Shown piece after piece: positions 32,750-44,080 of a DNA stretch of 64,000 bases (its first letter is position 1; each line of letters opens with the position of its first letter). The DNA lies in contig OZ251539.1 in the NCBI GenBank assembly GCA_965243135.1, positions 1,696,001 to 1,760,000 of the forward strand, given 5' to 3'. Position numbers and translations under genes: made by a program. This stretch comes from Alphaproteobacteria bacterium (GTDB lineage Bacteria > Pseudomonadota > Alphaproteobacteria > MPNO01 > UBA830). The notes under the pieces were generated by a model, which did no database searches, had not been told where the DNA came from, and saw only the letters and a list, made by a program, of their open reading frames with translations.

Positions 32750-33955
32750 CTATTCCTCCAGCGGCTCGATCGGTCGGCGATCGGCGACGGCCAGGCCGAA
32801 GCCCTCGATTCCCTTGATCGCGCGCGCCCGATTGGTTAGCAGAATCATGCGTTTCACCCCGAGGTCGTTGAGAATCTGGGCGCCGACCCCGAAGTCCCTC
32901 AACGCCGGAGGGGCCGTCTCCCGCCCGTCGTCCGTCTGCACGGAGATCTCGCTGGTGGCGGACAGGGGATCGGACGGAACCCTGTGGCGCGCCCTGACCT
33001 GGTTCGAAAGTTTCTCGGCCCAGGGCTCCCGAATGATCACGATCACGCCGCAGCCCGCCGCCCCTATCGTCCGTATGGCGGATTCCAGCTCGTGGTGCCG
33101 CTGGTTGGTGGTGTCGTGGATCATGTCGTCGAGGATGTTGACGGCGTGCATGCGGACGAGGACCGGATCCTCGGTCGCGATGTCTCCCTTCACGAGGGCG
33201 AGATGCTCGGCCCCCGACACCCGGTTCCGGTAGACGATCAGGCGAAAATCGCCTCCGTGCCTGCGCGAGATGCGGGTCGTCAGCGAGCGTTCGACGATCG
33301 AGTCGTGCCGCAGCCGGTAGGCGATCAGGTCGGCGATGGTCGCGATCTTCAGCCCGTGAAACTGGGCGAAGCCGATCAGGTCGGGTAGCCGCGCCATCGT
33401 TCCGTCTTCGTTCATGATCTCGCAAATGACGCCGGACGGATTGAGTCCGGCGATCCGCGCGAGGTCCACGGCCGCTTCGGTGTGGCCGGTCCGCACGAGC
33501 ACGCCGCCGTCCCTGGCGCGCAACGGAAAGACGTGGCCCGGCGTGACGATGTCGTCGCGCCCGTGCATCGGATCGATCGCGACCGCTATCGTGCGGGCGC
33601 GGTCGGACGCGGAAATCCCGGTCGTCACGCCCTCCCTGGCTTCGATCGAGGTGGTGAAGGCCGTTTCGAACTGCGACCGGTTGTCGGTGGACATGAGGGA
33701 CAAGCCGAGTCGATCGATGCGCTCGGCGGTCATCGCGAGGCATACGAGGCCGCGGCCGTGCTTCGCCATGAAGTTGATCGCGTCCGGCGTCGCCATCTGG
33801 GCCGCAATGACGAGGTCGCCCTCGTTTTCCCGATCTTCGTCGTCCACGACGACGATCATGCGGCCGTTGCGTATGTCTTCGATCGCCTCGGGAACGGGCG
33901 ACAGGAACTCCCGAGATTCCTCGAAAGCTTCGGCGGACGCCTTGCCGCTCGCCAT
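32750..33955 (-). CDS. ribB: DHBP synthase fused to a degenerate GTP cyclohydrolase II domain (RibBX type)
   Basis: DDEDRENEGD, TTGISASDR, RTGHTEA; the C-terminal domain lacks the Zn-binding Cys residues. Confidence 0.93.
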   Translation of the reverse strand: MASGKASAEAFEESREFLSPVPEAIEDIRNGRMIVVVDDEDRENEGDLVIAAQMATPDAINFMAKHGRGLVCLAMTAERIDRLGLSLMSTDNRSQFETAFTTSIEAREGVTTGISASDRARTIAVAIDPMHGRDDIVTPGHVFPLRARDGGVLVRTGHTEAAVDLARIAGLNPSGVICEIMNEDGTMARLPDLIGFAQFHGLKIATIADLIAYRLRHDSIVERSLTTRISRRHGGDFRLIVYRNRVSGAEHLALVKGDIATEDPVLVRMHAVNILDDMIHDTTNQRHHELESAIRTIGAAGCGVIVIIREPWAEKLSNQVRARHRVPSDPLSATSEISVQTDDGRETAPPALRDFGVGAQILNDLGVKRMILLTNRARAIKGIEGFGLAVADRRPIEPLEE

Positions 33956-34542
33956 CAGTCTTTCGCCAGCAGCCGCGCGACGTAGCGCGCGATCGTGTCG
34001 ATTTCCAGGTTCACCCGGTCTCCGGCCCGCCGCTCGCCGAAGGTCGTCGCGGCTCGCGTATGTCCGATGACGTTGACGCCGAACCGGTTGCCGTCGACCT
34101 CGTTCACGGTCAGCGACACGCCGTCGAGCGCGATGGAGCCTTTCGGCGCGATGTACTTCGCCAGGCTTTCCGGCGCGTCGAACAGGAAGCGGACGCTATC
34201 GCCCTCGGGCAGCGTATCGACGACCGACGCGACCGCGTCGACGTGCCCGGAAACGATATGACCGCCGAGTTCCTCGCCGACGCGCATGGCGCGCTCGAGA
34301 TTGACCCGCGTGCCGGCCCGCCATTCGCCGAGCGTGGTCCGGGCGAGGGTCTCGGCGGACGCTTCGACCGCGAACCAGCCGGACGCCTTGGCGACGACGG
34401 TCAGGCACGGTCCCGAGCACGCGACGGAGGCGCCGAGCTCGATGGCGTCCGTGTCGTAGGCGGTCTCGATCTCGATTCGCGTGTCGCCATGCCTTTCGAT
34501 CGAGCGCACCGCGCCGAGATCCGTGACGATGCCCGTAAACAT
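33955..34542 (-). CDS. ribE: Riboflavin synthase alpha chain
   Basis: MFTGIV, GGHIVSGHVD, KGSIALDGVSLTVN. Confidence 0.95.
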   Translation of the reverse strand: MFTGIVTDLGAVRSIERHGDTRIEIETAYDTDAIELGASVACSGPCLTVVAKASGWFAVEASAETLARTTLGEWRAGTRVNLERAMRVGEELGGHIVSGHVDAVASVVDTLPEGDSVRFLFDAPESLAKYIAPKGSIALDGVSLTVNEVDGNRFGVNVIGHTRAATTFGERRAGDRVNLEIDTIARYVARLLAKD

Positions 34543-34545
34543 CCG

Positions 34546-35631
34546 CTATCGGCTCCGCTCGTAGGTTTCGATCAGGTCCCGGCCGGCCGGCCGGACGGAT
34601 ACTCTGACGAACGCGGGCGGATCGTCAAGCATGCGGGCGCCGAACGCCGCGACCGCCGGAACGCCGTCGCCGCCGATCACCGACGGCGCCCTGAACCAGA
34701 CCAGCCGGTCGACCAGATCCCGCCGCAGGAGCGCCGCCGCGGCCCGGCCGCCTCCCTCCACCATCAAGCGGTTGACCCCCCGCTCCGCGATCAGCCGCAG
34801 CGCCGCTTCGGGATCGAGCGCGCCTTCGGCGTCCGCTGGAACCTCGAGCCGTTCGCCGACCGCCAATTCTTCCGTTGCGGCGCCGGGAGCGACAAGGTGC
34901 CAGACCGGCGCTTCATGCGCCGTCGCCGCGAGTTTCGGCGTCAGGCGTCCGCCGAGAACGATCCGGATCGGCGTTCTGTTTCGCAGTCCGGGCAATCGGC
35001 AGGTCAGTTCCGGGTCGTCCGCGGCCGCCGTCCGCCCGCCGACGAGAACGGCGTCGTTGCGCGCGCGCAACGCATGGGCTTCGGCGCGCGCCTGCGGCCC
35101 CGTAATCCATTTGCTGACGCCTGCGGAGTCGGCGATCCTGCCGTCGAGCGTCGTCGCGAGCTTGAGGGTGACCAGCGGCCGGCCGGCGCGAAGCCGTTTG
35201 AGAAATCCGGCGGCCGCGTTCTCCGCCGCCTGCAGGCGGACGCCGGCGGCGACTTCGATTCCGGCTTCCCGGAGTTTCGCGACGCCGCGGCCGGCGACGC
35301 GCGGGTCGGGATCGGACGCGCCGATCACGACACGCGCCACGCCGGCCGCGATCAAGGCGTCCGCGCAAGGCGGCGTCATCCCGTGATGGGAGCATGGTTC
35401 AAGCGTGACGTACGCGGTCGCTCCCCGCGCCTTTCCTCCGGCGCGCGCCAGCGCCTCGGTCTCGGCATGAGGCCGGCCTCCCGGCTGGGTCCAGCCGCGG
35501 CCGACCACGATTCCCTCGCGCGCCAGGACGCACCCCACGGGAGGGTTGGGCGAAACGTTGCCGCGCCCGCGCCGGGCAAGCGCGAGCGCCACGTCCATGA
35601 AGCGTTCGTCACTCGTCCCGTTCGTTGTCAT
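34546..35631 (-). CDS. ribD: Riboflavin deaminase/reductase
   Basis: PNPPVGC, HAE, TLEPCSH..TPPC, VEGG. Confidence 0.96.
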   Translation of the reverse strand: MTTNGTSDERFMDVALALARRGRGNVSPNPPVGCVLAREGIVVGRGWTQPGGRPHAETEALARAGGKARGATAYVTLEPCSHHGMTPPCADALIAAGVARVVIGASDPDPRVAGRGVAKLREAGIEVAAGVRLQAAENAAAGFLKRLRAGRPLVTLKLATTLDGRIADSAGVSKWITGPQARAEAHALRARNDAVLVGGRTAAADDPELTCRLPGLRNRTPIRIVLGGRLTPKLAATAHEAPVWHLVAPGAATEELAVGERLEVPADAEGALDPEAALRLIAERGVNRLMVEGGGRAAAALLRRDLVDRLVWFRAPSVIGGDGVPAVAAFGARMLDDPPAFVRVSVRPAGRDLIETYERSR

Positions 35632-36073
35632 GGAGGCTTTCCACGAAGTCCTCGAAATCGCGCGCTTCGCGGAAGTTCCGGTAGACGGAGGCGAACCGGA
35701 TGTAGGCGACCTGATCGAGATGCGACAGCGCTTCCATCACGAGTTCGCCCACCTGATTCGAGTTTATTTCCGGTCCGCCCTCGGTTTCGATGCGCCGGAT
35801 GATGCTGCTGATCGCGCGCTCGATCCGCTCCGGATCGACCGGTCTCTTTCGCAGCGCGATGTTCATCGACCTCGTCAACTTGTCGCGGTCGAGCGGCTCG
35901 CGCCTGCGATTCGACTTTATGACCATGATTTCGCGCAGCTGGATGCGCTCGAAGGTCGTGAAGCGCATGCCGCAGGAAATGCAGGCCCTGCGCCGGCGGA
36001 TGGCGGTGTTGTCCTCCGTCGGGCGCGAATCCTTCACTTGCGTTTCGTCGGAACCGCAGAACGGGCATTTCAT
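35609..36073 (-). CDS. nrdR: Transcriptional repressor NrdR
   Basis: MKCPFC...[22 protein letters not shown]. Confidence 0.97.
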   Translation of the reverse strand: MKCPFCGSDETQVKDSRPTEDNTAIRRRRACISCGMRFTTFERIQLREIMVIKSNRRREPLDRDKLTRSMNIALRKRPVDPERIERAISSIIRRIETEGGPEINSNQVGELVMEALSHLDQVAYIRFASVYRNFREARDFEDFVESLHDNERDE

Positions 36074-36085
36074 CTCTTCGTCTCC

Positions 36086-37351
36086 TTATGCGTAGATCGG
36101 AAAACGCGCGCACAGCTCTTCGACTCGCTTCCTCGCCGCCTCGACGGCGGACGCCCCGCCGTCCAGCACGTCGGCGATCAACGCGCCGACCTCGCGGAAC
36201 TCGTCGGGGCCGAAGCCGCGGGTCGTCGCGGCGGGCGATCCGAGCCGGATCCCCGACGTGACGGTCGGCTTTTCCGGATCGAACGGAACGGCGTTCTTGT
36301 TGCAGGTCATTCCCGCCGCTTCGAGAGCGGCCTCGGCATCCTTTCCGGTGAGTTTCCTCGACCGCAGGTCGACGAGCGCCATGTGCGTGTCCGTCCCGCC
36401 GGACACGATGTCGAAGCTCCGTTCCGCAAGGGAGGCGGCGAGCGCCGCCGCGTTCTCGACGACGGCCGCCGCGTAGGTTCGGAACTCGGGACGGAGCGCC
36501 TCCCCGAAAGCCGCCGCCTTGGCGGCGACGACGTGCATCAAGGGTCCGCCCTGGGTGCCTGGAAAGATCGCCGAGTTCACCTTTTTGGCGATGCCTTCGT
36601 CGTTGGTGAGGATCATGCCGCCGCGAGGGCCGCGCAAGGTCTTGTGGGTCGTCGTGGTCACGACGTGGGCGTGCGGAAACGGATCGGGATGCGCGCCGCC
36701 GGCCACGAGGCCGGCGAAATGGGCCATGTCGACGACCAGCAGCGCGCCGACCGAATCGGCGATCTCCCGGAAGCGCGGGAAGTCGAGGATGCGGGGATAG
36801 GCGGAGCCGCCGGCGATCAGGAGCTTCGGTCGACGGCGGGCGGCCAGGCGCTCCACTTCGTCGAAATCGACCAGGGCGTCTTCCTTCCGCACGCCGTATT
36901 GCGCCGCGTCGAACCACTTCCCCGAAAGGTTGAACGGAGCGCCGTGAGACAGGTGCCCTCCCGCCGCGAGCGACAGGCCGAGGATGGAGTCGCCCGGCTT
37001 CAGCAGGCCGAACATGACGGCGGCGTTGGCTTGGGCTCCCGAATGCGGCTGCACGTTCGCGAACTCGCATCCGAACAGGCGCCTGGCGCGCGCGATCGCG
37101 AGCTCTTCGGCGATGTCCGCGAACTCGCAGCCGCCGTAATAGCGCCGGCCCGGATAACCTTCGGCGTACTTGTTGGTCAGAACGGATCCGGCGGCTTCCA
37201 GCACGGCGCGGGACACGACGTTTTCGGAAGCGATCAGCTCGATCTGGTCCCGTTGCCGCGACAATTCGCCGCGGAGAGCTAGGTCGAGTTCCGGATCGGA
37301 TTCGGCGATCGACGCGGCGAAGAAGCCGTCGTGAGTCATGGCGGGAGTCAT
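36086..37351 (-). CDS. glyA: Serine hydroxymethyltransferase
   Basis: [36 protein letters not shown]; start could be 37339. Confidence 0.97.
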   Translation of the reverse strand: MTPAMTHDGFFAASIAESDPELDLALRGELSRQRDQIELIASENVVSRAVLEAAGSVLTNKYAEGYPGRRYYGGCEFADIAEELAIARARRLFGCEFANVQPHSGAQANAAVMFGLLKPGDSILGLSLAAGGHLSHGAPFNLSGKWFDAAQYGVRKEDALVDFDEVERLAARRRPKLLIAGGSAYPRILDFPRFREIADSVGALLVVDMAHFAGLVAGGAHPDPFPHAHVVTTTTHKTLRGPRGGMILTNDEGIAKKVNSAIFPGTQGGPLMHVVAAKAAAFGEALRPEFRTYAAAVVENAAALAASLAERSFDIVSGGTDTHMALVDLRSRKLTGKDAEAALEAAGMTCNKNAVPFDPEKPTVTSGIRLGSPAATTRGFGPDEFREVGALIADVLDGGASAVEAARKRVEELCARFPIYA

Positions 37352-37353
37352 GG

Positions 37354-37788
37354 TCAGCCGAGTTTCGCGACCCGGCGCGCGTGCCGCCCGCCTTCGAACG
37401 CAGTGGAAAGGAACAGCCTCACCATGCTGCGCGCCGCCTCCTCGGAGGTCTTCCGTCCGCCCAGGCAGATCACGTTGGCGTCGTTGTGGCGCCGCGCCAG
37501 CGCCGCGGTCTCCTCGTCGTAGCAGAGGGCGGCGCGGATGCCGGGATGGCGATTGGCGGCGATCGAAACGCCGATGCCCGTGCCGCAGACGAGGACTCCC
37601 CGCCGGGTTCGCCCGTCCGCGATGGCGTCCACGAGCTTCGCGGCGAAATCGGGGTAATCGACCGGATCCTCGCCGTCGGCGCCGAGATCGACGGCGATCC
37701 GGCCGCCGGCGCGAATCTCTTCGATCACCGCCCGCTTCAGGGCGTAGCCGCCATGGTCGACCGCGACCGCAATCGTTTCGCTGGACAT
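37354..37788 (-). CDS. rpiB: Ribose-5-phosphate isomerase B
   Basis: [32 protein letters not shown]. Confidence 0.96.
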   Translation of the reverse strand: MSSETIAVAVDHGGYALKRAVIEEIRAGGRIAVDLGADGEDPVDYPDFAAKLVDAIADGRTRRGVLVCGTGIGVSIAANRHPGIRAALCYDEETAALARRHNDANVICLGGRKTSEEAARSMVRLFLSTAFEGGRHARRVAKLG

Positions 37789-38118
37789 GAAATCTCTTCC
37801 TGTTTCGCGTTTCATTACCACATGTCGTGGTTGCGCGCCACCGATCCGGCGATTCGTGGACGGCAGACGTCCGTTGACCGTGAAGCGCGATTCGCCGGCA
37901 ACCGCGGCGGCGGAACCGGCGGCGCCGCGACGGCCGCCGGTTTTTCGGGCGCGAATCGAAAGCCTCCGGTTGGCCCGGCGAACGCAGGCGGCGGCGACCG
38001 CTTCGTCGAACGCGGCCTCCCGGCGCCGAATCGCGGCCGCGCCTTCTTTCGCCCCTGATGCGGAAAAACGTCGTCCGCCGTGATAACCTTGCCGCCGCAA
38101 CCAACCTGGAGAAAAGAC

Positions 38119-39096
38119 ATGAAGCGATCGCTCGCCGCAGCGCTGTCGGCATTCGCGATGGCCGGCGCCGTCCAGGCCGCGGAATTCGCGCCGGCCATCG
38201 TTTACGACACGGGCAGCAAATTCGACAAGTCGTTCAACGAAGCCGCCTGGAACGGCGCCGAGCGCTTCAAGGCCGACACCGGCATCCAGTACCGCGAGTT
38301 TCAGGTTCCCAACCCCTCGACGCGCGAGCAGGCGATCCGCAACATGGCGCGGCGGGGCGCGACGGTCGTGGTGGCGATGGGCTTCGCCCAGGCCCCCGCA
38401 GTCGAGGTCGTCGCGAAGGAATTTCCGGACGCGAAATTCACGCTCGTCGACATGGTGGTCGATTTGCCGAACGTGCAGTCGGTCATCTTCAAGGAGCACG
38501 AAGGGTCCTTCCTCGTCGGCATGGCGGCGGCCATCGCGTCGAAGACCGGCAAGATCGGCTTCGTCGGCGGCATGGACATCCCGCTCATCCGGAAGTTCGC
38601 GCTCGGTTACGTCGAGGGCGCGCGGCACGTCTCCCCGTCCATCGAGATTTTCCGGAACATGACCGGGACAACGCCCGCCGCGTGGAACGATCCGACAAGG
38701 GGCGGCGAACTCGCCCGCAGCCAGTTCGACCGCGGCGCGGACGTCGTCTACGCCGCGGCGGGCGCCACCGGCATCGGCGTCTACCAGGCGGCGAAGGACG
38801 CGGGCAAGCTCGCGATCGGGGTGGACAGCAACCAGAACTACCTCCATCCCGGGACCATGCTGACTTCGATGGTCAAACGCGTGGATCAAGCGGTCTACGA
38901 TGCCTTCAAGAGCGCTCGCGACGGCACCTGGTCCGGCGGCGTCAAGGTGCTGGGGCTCGCCGAAAACGGCGTCGGCTGGGCTCTCGACGAACACAATCGA
39001 AGCCTCGTTTCCGCCGAAATGGAAAGGGCGATCGAGCGGGCGCGGAACGACATCATCGCCGGAAAGATCGCGGTGACGGACTATACCGCGAAGTAG
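38119..39096 (+). CDS. BMP-family ABC transporter substrate-binding protein (nucleoside/purine)
   Basis: [34 protein letters not shown]. Confidence 0.93.
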   Translation: MKRSLAAALSAFAMAGAVQAAEFAPAIVYDTGSKFDKSFNEAAWNGAERFKADTGIQYREFQVPNPSTREQAIRNMARRGATVVVAMGFAQAPAVEVVAKEFPDAKFTLVDMVVDLPNVQSVIFKEHEGSFLVGMAAAIASKTGKIGFVGGMDIPLIRKFALGYVEGARHVSPSIEIFRNMTGTTPAAWNDPTRGGELARSQFDRGADVVYAAAGATGIGVYQAAKDAGKLAIGVDSNQNYLHPGTMLTSMVKRVDQAVYDAFKSARDGTWSGGVKVLGLAENGVGWALDEHNRSLVSAEMERAIERARNDIIAGKIAVTDYTAK

Positions 39097-39123
39097 CGGC
39101 GTTCCGCCGGAAACCCCTCCCGC

Positions 39124-40683
39124 ATGAGCGCGCCGGCGCCCGCGGCTCCGCCGCCGGCGCTCGAGGTGACCGGCATACACAAGCGGTTCGGATCGGTATG
39201 GGCCAACGTCGGCGTCTCGATGTCGGTCCCGCGAGGCACGATCCACGGCATCGTCGGAGAAAACGGCGCCGGCAAATCCACGCTGATGAGCGTCGTATAC
39301 GGATATTACCGCCCCGACGCGGGCGAGATCAGGATCCGCGGCGAGAAGGCGGAGATCAGATCGCCCGCCGAGGCGATCGCGCTCGGGGTCGGCATGGTGC
39401 ATCAACATTTCATGCTGGTGGACACCTTCACGGTTCTGGAGAACGTCGCGCTGGGCGTCGAGGACGGCCCGTTTCTGGGGCGAACGCTGGCGAAGGCCAG
39501 GCGCGCCCTCGAACGGCTGGCGCGGGATTACGGGATCGAGGCGGACCCGGACGCCGTCGTCGGCGACCTGCCCGTCGGCGTGAGGCAGCGCGTCGAGATA
39601 TTGAAGGCGCTGTACCGCAACGCCGAGATCCTCGTTCTCGACGAGCCCACCGGCGTGCTCACCCCCCAGGAAGCGGACGATCTCTTTCGGATCCTGCGGG
39701 CGCTTCGCGACCAGGGCAAGACGATCGTCCTGATCACCCACAAGCTGCGGGAAATCATGACGCTGACCGACCGCGTCACGGTAATGTGCGCGGGATGCGT
39801 GGTCGGACACGTCGACACCGCGGAAACCGACCGTGAACGCCTCGCCGCCATGATGATCGGCCGCCCGGTTCTGCTGCGCGTCGAGAAAGGCCCCGCGTCG
39901 CCGGGCGAAGTCGCGCTCCGGGTCGAGCGTTTGTCGGTTCGCGACCGGAACGGCGCGCTCCGCGTGAAAGACGCCAGTTTCGCGGTTCGCGCCGGCGAAA
40001 TCGTCGGAGTCGCGGGCGTGGCCGGAAACGGCCAGTCCGAACTTCTCGAGGCGATCGCGGGCACGCTGCCCGCGGAAGGCGGCGAAATCGCGATCCGCGG
40101 CGTTCCGGCCGCCGCGCGCGCGGCGCGCGCCGAGACGGCGAAGGAAAGGCGCGGAGCCGGGCTCGCCCACGTCCCCGAAGACCGCCAGCGGACCGGGCTG
40201 GTCACGGCTTTCGACGCCTCGGAAAGCGGCGTTCTCGGCTATCACGGCGACCGGCGCTACAACCGCGGCGCCTGGATGAGCCGGCGCAGCGTCGTCGCCG
40301 ACGTGGAACGGAGCATGGCCGACTTCGACGTTCGCCCGCCCCTGCCCCGCCTGCTCACGGCGAATTTCTCCGGCGGCAACCAGCAGAAACTGGTCATCGG
40401 CCGCGAATTCGGACGCGACCCGCCCCTGCTTCTGGTGGGACAGCCGACCCGCGGCGTCGACATCGGCGCCATCGAATTCATCCACCGCCGGCTCGTGGAG
40501 ATGCGCGACAGGGGAAAGGGGATCCTGCTCGTGTCGGTGGAGCTCGAAGAGATCATGGCGTTGTCGGACCGGATTCTCGTGATGTTCGACGGCGAGATCG
40601 TCGGCGAGGTTCCGGCCGGCGCGGCCGACGAGCGCGTTCTCGGCCTGATGATGGCGGGCGCTCGCGCCCCCGGGGCCGCATGA
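39124..40683 (+). CDS. ABC transporter ATPase (double domain, CUT2/nucleoside)
   Basis: GENGAGKST, LDEPT, SGGNQQK, QPTRGVD. Confidence 0.95.
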   Translation: MSAPAPAAPPPALEVTGIHKRFGSVWANVGVSMSVPRGTIHGIVGENGAGKSTLMSVVYGYYRPDAGEIRIRGEKAEIRSPAEAIALGVGMVHQHFMLVDTFTVLENVALGVEDGPFLGRTLAKARRALERLARDYGIEADPDAVVGDLPVGVRQRVEILKALYRNAEILVLDEPTGVLTPQEADDLFRILRALRDQGKTIVLITHKLREIMTLTDRVTVMCAGCVVGHVDTAETDRERLAAMMIGRPVLLRVEKGPASPGEVALRVERLSVRDRNGALRVKDASFAVRAGEIVGVAGVAGNGQSELLEAIAGTLPAEGGEIAIRGVPAAARAARAETAKERRGAGLAHVPEDRQRTGLVTAFDASESGVLGYHGDRRYNRGAWMSRRSVVADVERSMADFDVRPPLPRLLTANFSGGNQQKLVIGREFGRDPPLLLVGQPTRGVDIGAIEFIHRRLVEMRDRGKGILLVSVELEEIMALSDRILVMFDGEIVGEVPAGAADERVLGLMMAGARAPGAA

Positions 40684-41777
40684 GCGATTTCGGCAGGCCC
40701 GCCGCGGCGCCGGGGTGGGTCGCACATGGCCTGATTCCGCTGATCAACCTCGCTCTCGCCCTCGCCGTTTCGGGCGCGATCGTCATGTTGATCGGCGAGG
40801 ATCCGCTCAAGGCGCTCGGACTTCTGATCCACGGCGCGGTGGGTTACCCGGAAGCGATCGCCTACACGCTCTACTACGCCACGAACTTCGTGTTCACCGG
40901 CCTCGCCGTCGCCATCGCCTTCCAATGCGGACTGTTCAACATCGGGGGCGAAGGCCAGGCCTATGTCGGCGGCCTGGGCGCCGGTCTGGTCGCGCTTTCG
41001 TTCGATCATCTGCCGGCTCCGGCCGCGATACCCCTCGCCGTCGCGGCCGCGGCCGCGTTCGGCGCTCTATGGGGCTTCGTTCCCGGCTGGCTGCAAGCGA
41101 AACGCGGCAGCCACATCGTGATCACGACGATCATGTTCAATTTTCTCGCCGCGGCGTTGATGACCTATCTGATGGTGGAGGTTCTCATCAAGCCGGGGCA
41201 GCAAGCGGCCGTAAGCCGCATGTTCGAACCCGGCGCGCGCCTGCCCTTCATGCACGACGTCCTCGCCCGATTCGGAATCCACATCGGCCAATCGTCGCTG
41301 AACCTGAGCGTGGTCCTCGCGATCGTCTGTCTCGGCGCGTTCTGGCTTTTCGTCTGGCGCACGCGCTGGGGCTACGAGATCCGCGCCGTCGGCCACAGCG
41401 AGTCCGCGGCGGTCTACGGCGGCATTTCCCCGGCGCGGGCGATCATGGCGTCCATGGCGATCTCCGGCGGACTGGCGGGTTTGGTCGGGGTGAACGAGAT
41501 ACTCGGCGTTCATCATCGATTGCTGCTGGAGTTCACGGTGGGCTACGGTTTCGTGGGCATCGCGGTCGCGCTGATGGGGCGGAACCACCCGCTGGGAATC
41601 CTGTTCGCGGCCCTTCTCTTCGGCATGCTGTATCAGGGCGGATCCGAACTCGCCTTCGACATGCCCAGCGTCAGCCGCGAAATGGTGGTCGTCCTGCAAG
41701 GCCTGGTGATCCTGTTTTCAGGCGCGCTCGAGCACATGTTCCGCCCGCGCATCGAGCGCGCGTTCCGGAAGCGTTAG
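40680..41777 (+). CDS. ABC permease (nucleoside type)
   Basis: GLFNIGGEGQ, GIAVALMGRNHP. Confidence 0.93.
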   Translation: MSDFGRPAAAPGWVAHGLIPLINLALALAVSGAIVMLIGEDPLKALGLLIHGAVGYPEAIAYTLYYATNFVFTGLAVAIAFQCGLFNIGGEGQAYVGGLGAGLVALSFDHLPAPAAIPLAVAAAAAFGALWGFVPGWLQAKRGSHIVITTIMFNFLAAALMTYLMVEVLIKPGQQAAVSRMFEPGARLPFMHDVLARFGIHIGQSSLNLSVVLAIVCLGAFWLFVWRTRWGYEIRAVGHSESAAVYGGISPARAIMASMAISGGLAGLVGVNEILGVHHRLLLEFTVGYGFVGIAVALMGRNHPLGILFAALLFGMLYQGGSELAFDMPSVSREMVVVLQGLVILFSGALEHMFRPRIERAFRKR

Positions 41778-41780
41778 GCC

Positions 41781-42752
41781 ATGGAAGCGTTAATCTGGGC
41801 CGTTCTCGTTCTCGACGCGACGCTGCGCGTTTCGACGCCTCTCATACTCGCGGCCTTCGCCGGGATGTTCGCCGAGCGTTCGGGAGTCGTCGACATCGGC
41901 CTCGAGGGCAAGATGCTGGGCGCGGCGTTCGCCGCCGCCGCCGCGGCCTACGTTACCGGTTCGCCGTGGCTCGGCCTTCTGGCCGGCGTCGCCGCCTCGG
42001 TCGCCCTGGCCATGGTCCATGCGTTCGCCTGCGTGACGCATCACGGCAACCAGGTGGTCTCCGGCATGGCGATCAACATCATGGTGGCCGGCCTCGGGCC
42101 GGTGCTCGCGCTCGCCTGGTTCGGCCTGGGCGGGAGAACCCCGATTCTGAGCGACGGCGCGCGTTTCCGGCCGGTGCATTTTCCCTTCGCCGACCGGCTG
42201 CACGACGTTCCGTTTCTGGGCCAGATCTATTCGGAAATCGCCAGCGGCCACAACCTGATCGTCTATGTCGCGCTCGCCTCGGTTCCGTTCGCGGGTTGGC
42301 TCATCTACCGGACCCGGTTCGGGCTCCGGCTGCGGGCGGTCGGCGAAGCGCCGGACGCGGTCGCCACCGCGGGCATCTCCGTCGCGGGGCTGCGGTACCG
42401 GGCGATGGCGATATGCGGCGTGCTCTGCGGCATCGCCGGAACCTCCCTGTCGATCGCGCAGAACGCCCTGTTCGTGCGCGACATGACCGCCGGCATGGGA
42501 TATCTGGCGCTCGCCGCCCTGATTTTCGGCAAATGGCGTCCGGTTCCGACATTGCTTGCCTGCTTTCTCTTCGCTTTCGCCGACGCGGTGCAGGCGCGCC
42601 TTCAGGGAGTCGACGTCCCGGGACTCGGGGTCGTTCCGGTGCAGGCCATACAGGCGCTGCCCTATCTTCTGACCGTCCTCTTGCTTGCGGGCTTCGTCGG
42701 CAAGGCGGTGCCGCCCGCGGCGAGCGGCGTCCCCTACGTCAGGGAGCGCTGA
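41781..42752 (+). CDS. ABC permease (nucleoside type)
   Basis: ERSGVVDIGLEG, GYLALAALIFGKW, LPYLLT. Confidence 0.93.
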   Translation: MEALIWAVLVLDATLRVSTPLILAAFAGMFAERSGVVDIGLEGKMLGAAFAAAAAAYVTGSPWLGLLAGVAASVALAMVHAFACVTHHGNQVVSGMAINIMVAGLGPVLALAWFGLGGRTPILSDGARFRPVHFPFADRLHDVPFLGQIYSEIASGHNLIVYVALASVPFAGWLIYRTRFGLRLRAVGEAPDAVATAGISVAGLRYRAMAICGVLCGIAGTSLSIAQNALFVRDMTAGMGYLALAALIFGKWRPVPTLLACFLFAFADAVQARLQGVDVPGLGVVPVQAIQALPYLLTVLLLAGFVGKAVPPAASGVPYVRER

Positions 42753-42862
42753 CCCGGCGCCTCCCTGCGGCGGCGCGGGCGCGCGACGAAGCGGTCGCCT
42801 GCCGGCCTCCGCCCCTCGCGCCGCTTGTCAATCCGGCCCGGCGGGATTAAGCATGGGACGCG

Positions 42863-43315
42863 ATGACGGCGTTTCCCGACAGCCCGCTTCCTCGAGGCGT
42901 ATTCACCGTCCGCCGCGTTATCCGCTTCTCGGATTGCGACCCTGCGGGCATCGTCTTCTACGCCGCGTTTTTCCGCATGTTCAACGACGTGTTCGAAGAC
43001 TGGATGGTCCGGGGCCTCGGCGTGAATTTCGCGGGCCAATTCCTCGAGAAGCAGCGCATGTTTCCGTTGATGCGCGTCGAAGCCGACTTCCGGGCGGCGC
43101 GGAGGATGGGCCAGTCGATCGACCTGTCGCTGATCCTCACCAAACTGGGCAGGTCGTCGATCCACTACGACATCGTCGGGCACGACGACGGCCTCGACAT
43201 ACTGCGGGGCGCCTTCGTGAATTGCGTCGCGTCCAAGAAGACGATGGCGTCGATCGAAATTCCGCCGCCGATCCGGTCGAAGATGGAAGCCTATCTGAGC
43301 CTCTGCAGCGGTTGA
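42863..43315 (+). CDS. Hotdog-fold acyl-CoA thioesterase (4HBT-like)
   Basis: IRFSDCDPAGIVFY. Confidence 0.88.
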   Translation: MTAFPDSPLPRGVFTVRRVIRFSDCDPAGIVFYAAFFRMFNDVFEDWMVRGLGVNFAGQFLEKQRMFPLMRVEADFRAARRMGQSIDLSLILTKLGRSSIHYDIVGHDDGLDILRGAFVNCVASKKTMASIEIPPPIRSKMEAYLSLCSG

Positions 43316-43887
43316 GCTTCGCAAGTCCGGGCGAAATCCGCGCAGAGCCGGTCGAGTTCCGGCGCGCCGAACACGTCGCCCGATATCGCGCACCGGCAAC
43401 CGACCGTGCTGGTGGCGCTGCAAAGCTCCGGCCTGAAGTGGACGCATTCGGAACAGGCGCCGAACTCCGGCATCCCCTGCTGGAGTTGCACGGTGTGGAC
43501 CAGGCGCTCCATGTCGTCTTCGAGCGACGCGCGCAGATCTCCCGAACAGGCCGAAAGCGCTTCCGCGAAAGCGACCAGCGGATCGTTCTCCATCATGGCG
43601 CGGCCCGCCGCGGTGATCGTGAGGCGCACCGCCCTGCGGTCTTCCGCGCCGCGCCGCCGTTCGACGAGGCCTTTGGCTTCCAGCGCCTTCAGCGTCTGGG
43701 ACACCGTGCCCCTGGTGCTGCCCATGAATTCGGCCAGCGCGCCCGGCGAACAACTGTTGCGATTGGCGCGCGCGATGTAGCGCAGCGCTTCCCATTGAGC
43801 AGGGTTCAGCCCGTCGGCGAACTGGAGCGAGTGCGCGATCCGGCGCAGCCGGCCGACAAGCTCCACGATCCTCCCGCGCTCAGGCAT
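43291..43887 (-). CDS. MarR-family regulator with Cys-rich C-terminal extension
   Basis: GLNPAQWEALRY, TVSQTLKALE.KGLV, DRR..LT..G; tail CSECVHF...C.....CRC...LC. Confidence 0.87.
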   Translation of the reverse strand: MPERGRIVELVGRLRRIAHSLQFADGLNPAQWEALRYIARANRNSCSPGALAEFMGSTRGTVSQTLKALEAKGLVERRRGAEDRRAVRLTITAAGRAMMENDPLVAFAEALSACSGDLRASLEDDMERLVHTVQLQQGMPEFGACSECVHFRPELCSATSTVGCRCAISGDVFGAPELDRLCADFARTCEAQPLQRLR

Positions 43888-43959
43888 CGGTCACGACGCT
43901 ATTCGCAGGCGCATGCCGCCCCTTTCCGATGCGCGGCCGCCGGCCGCCTTCGGATGCGT

Positions 43960-43988
43960 AAAATAGGGGCGGCGGCGACAAAAGACAA
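43960..43988 (-). promoter_or_regulatory. Putative sigma70 promoter of marR
   Basis: Minus strand TTGTCT-N17-TATTTT. Confidence 0.45.
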
Positions 43989-44046
43989 TATCGAGTCGAA
44001 AATTTCCTTGCAACGTCCGCCGGGACATCTTATTTTCGAGTCGAAA
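43989..44046 (+). promoter_or_regulatory. RpoH-type promoter flanked by two palindromic operator-like boxes
   Basis: CTTGCA-N16-CTTATTT (44007-44035); boxes TATCGAGTCGAAA (43989-44001) and TTTCGAGTCGAAA (44034-44046). Confidence 0.6.
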
Positions 44047-44080
44047 CCTTTTGGTTGCCGCTAATAGAAAGGAACACGTC

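Noticed and set aside
32750-33330. Degenerate GTP cyclohydrolase II domain of RibB as a novelty
   Set aside because: The RibBX architecture is well known in proteobacteria.
37354-40725. 1123-aa minus-strand ORF and other long shadow ORFs (1086-3092, 21786-23912, 26391-28430, 40715-42850, 60165-62300)
   Set aside because: These are antisense or off-frame shadows of real genes in high-GC DNA. Only the terminal parts of some are real (e.g. rpiB 37354-37788).
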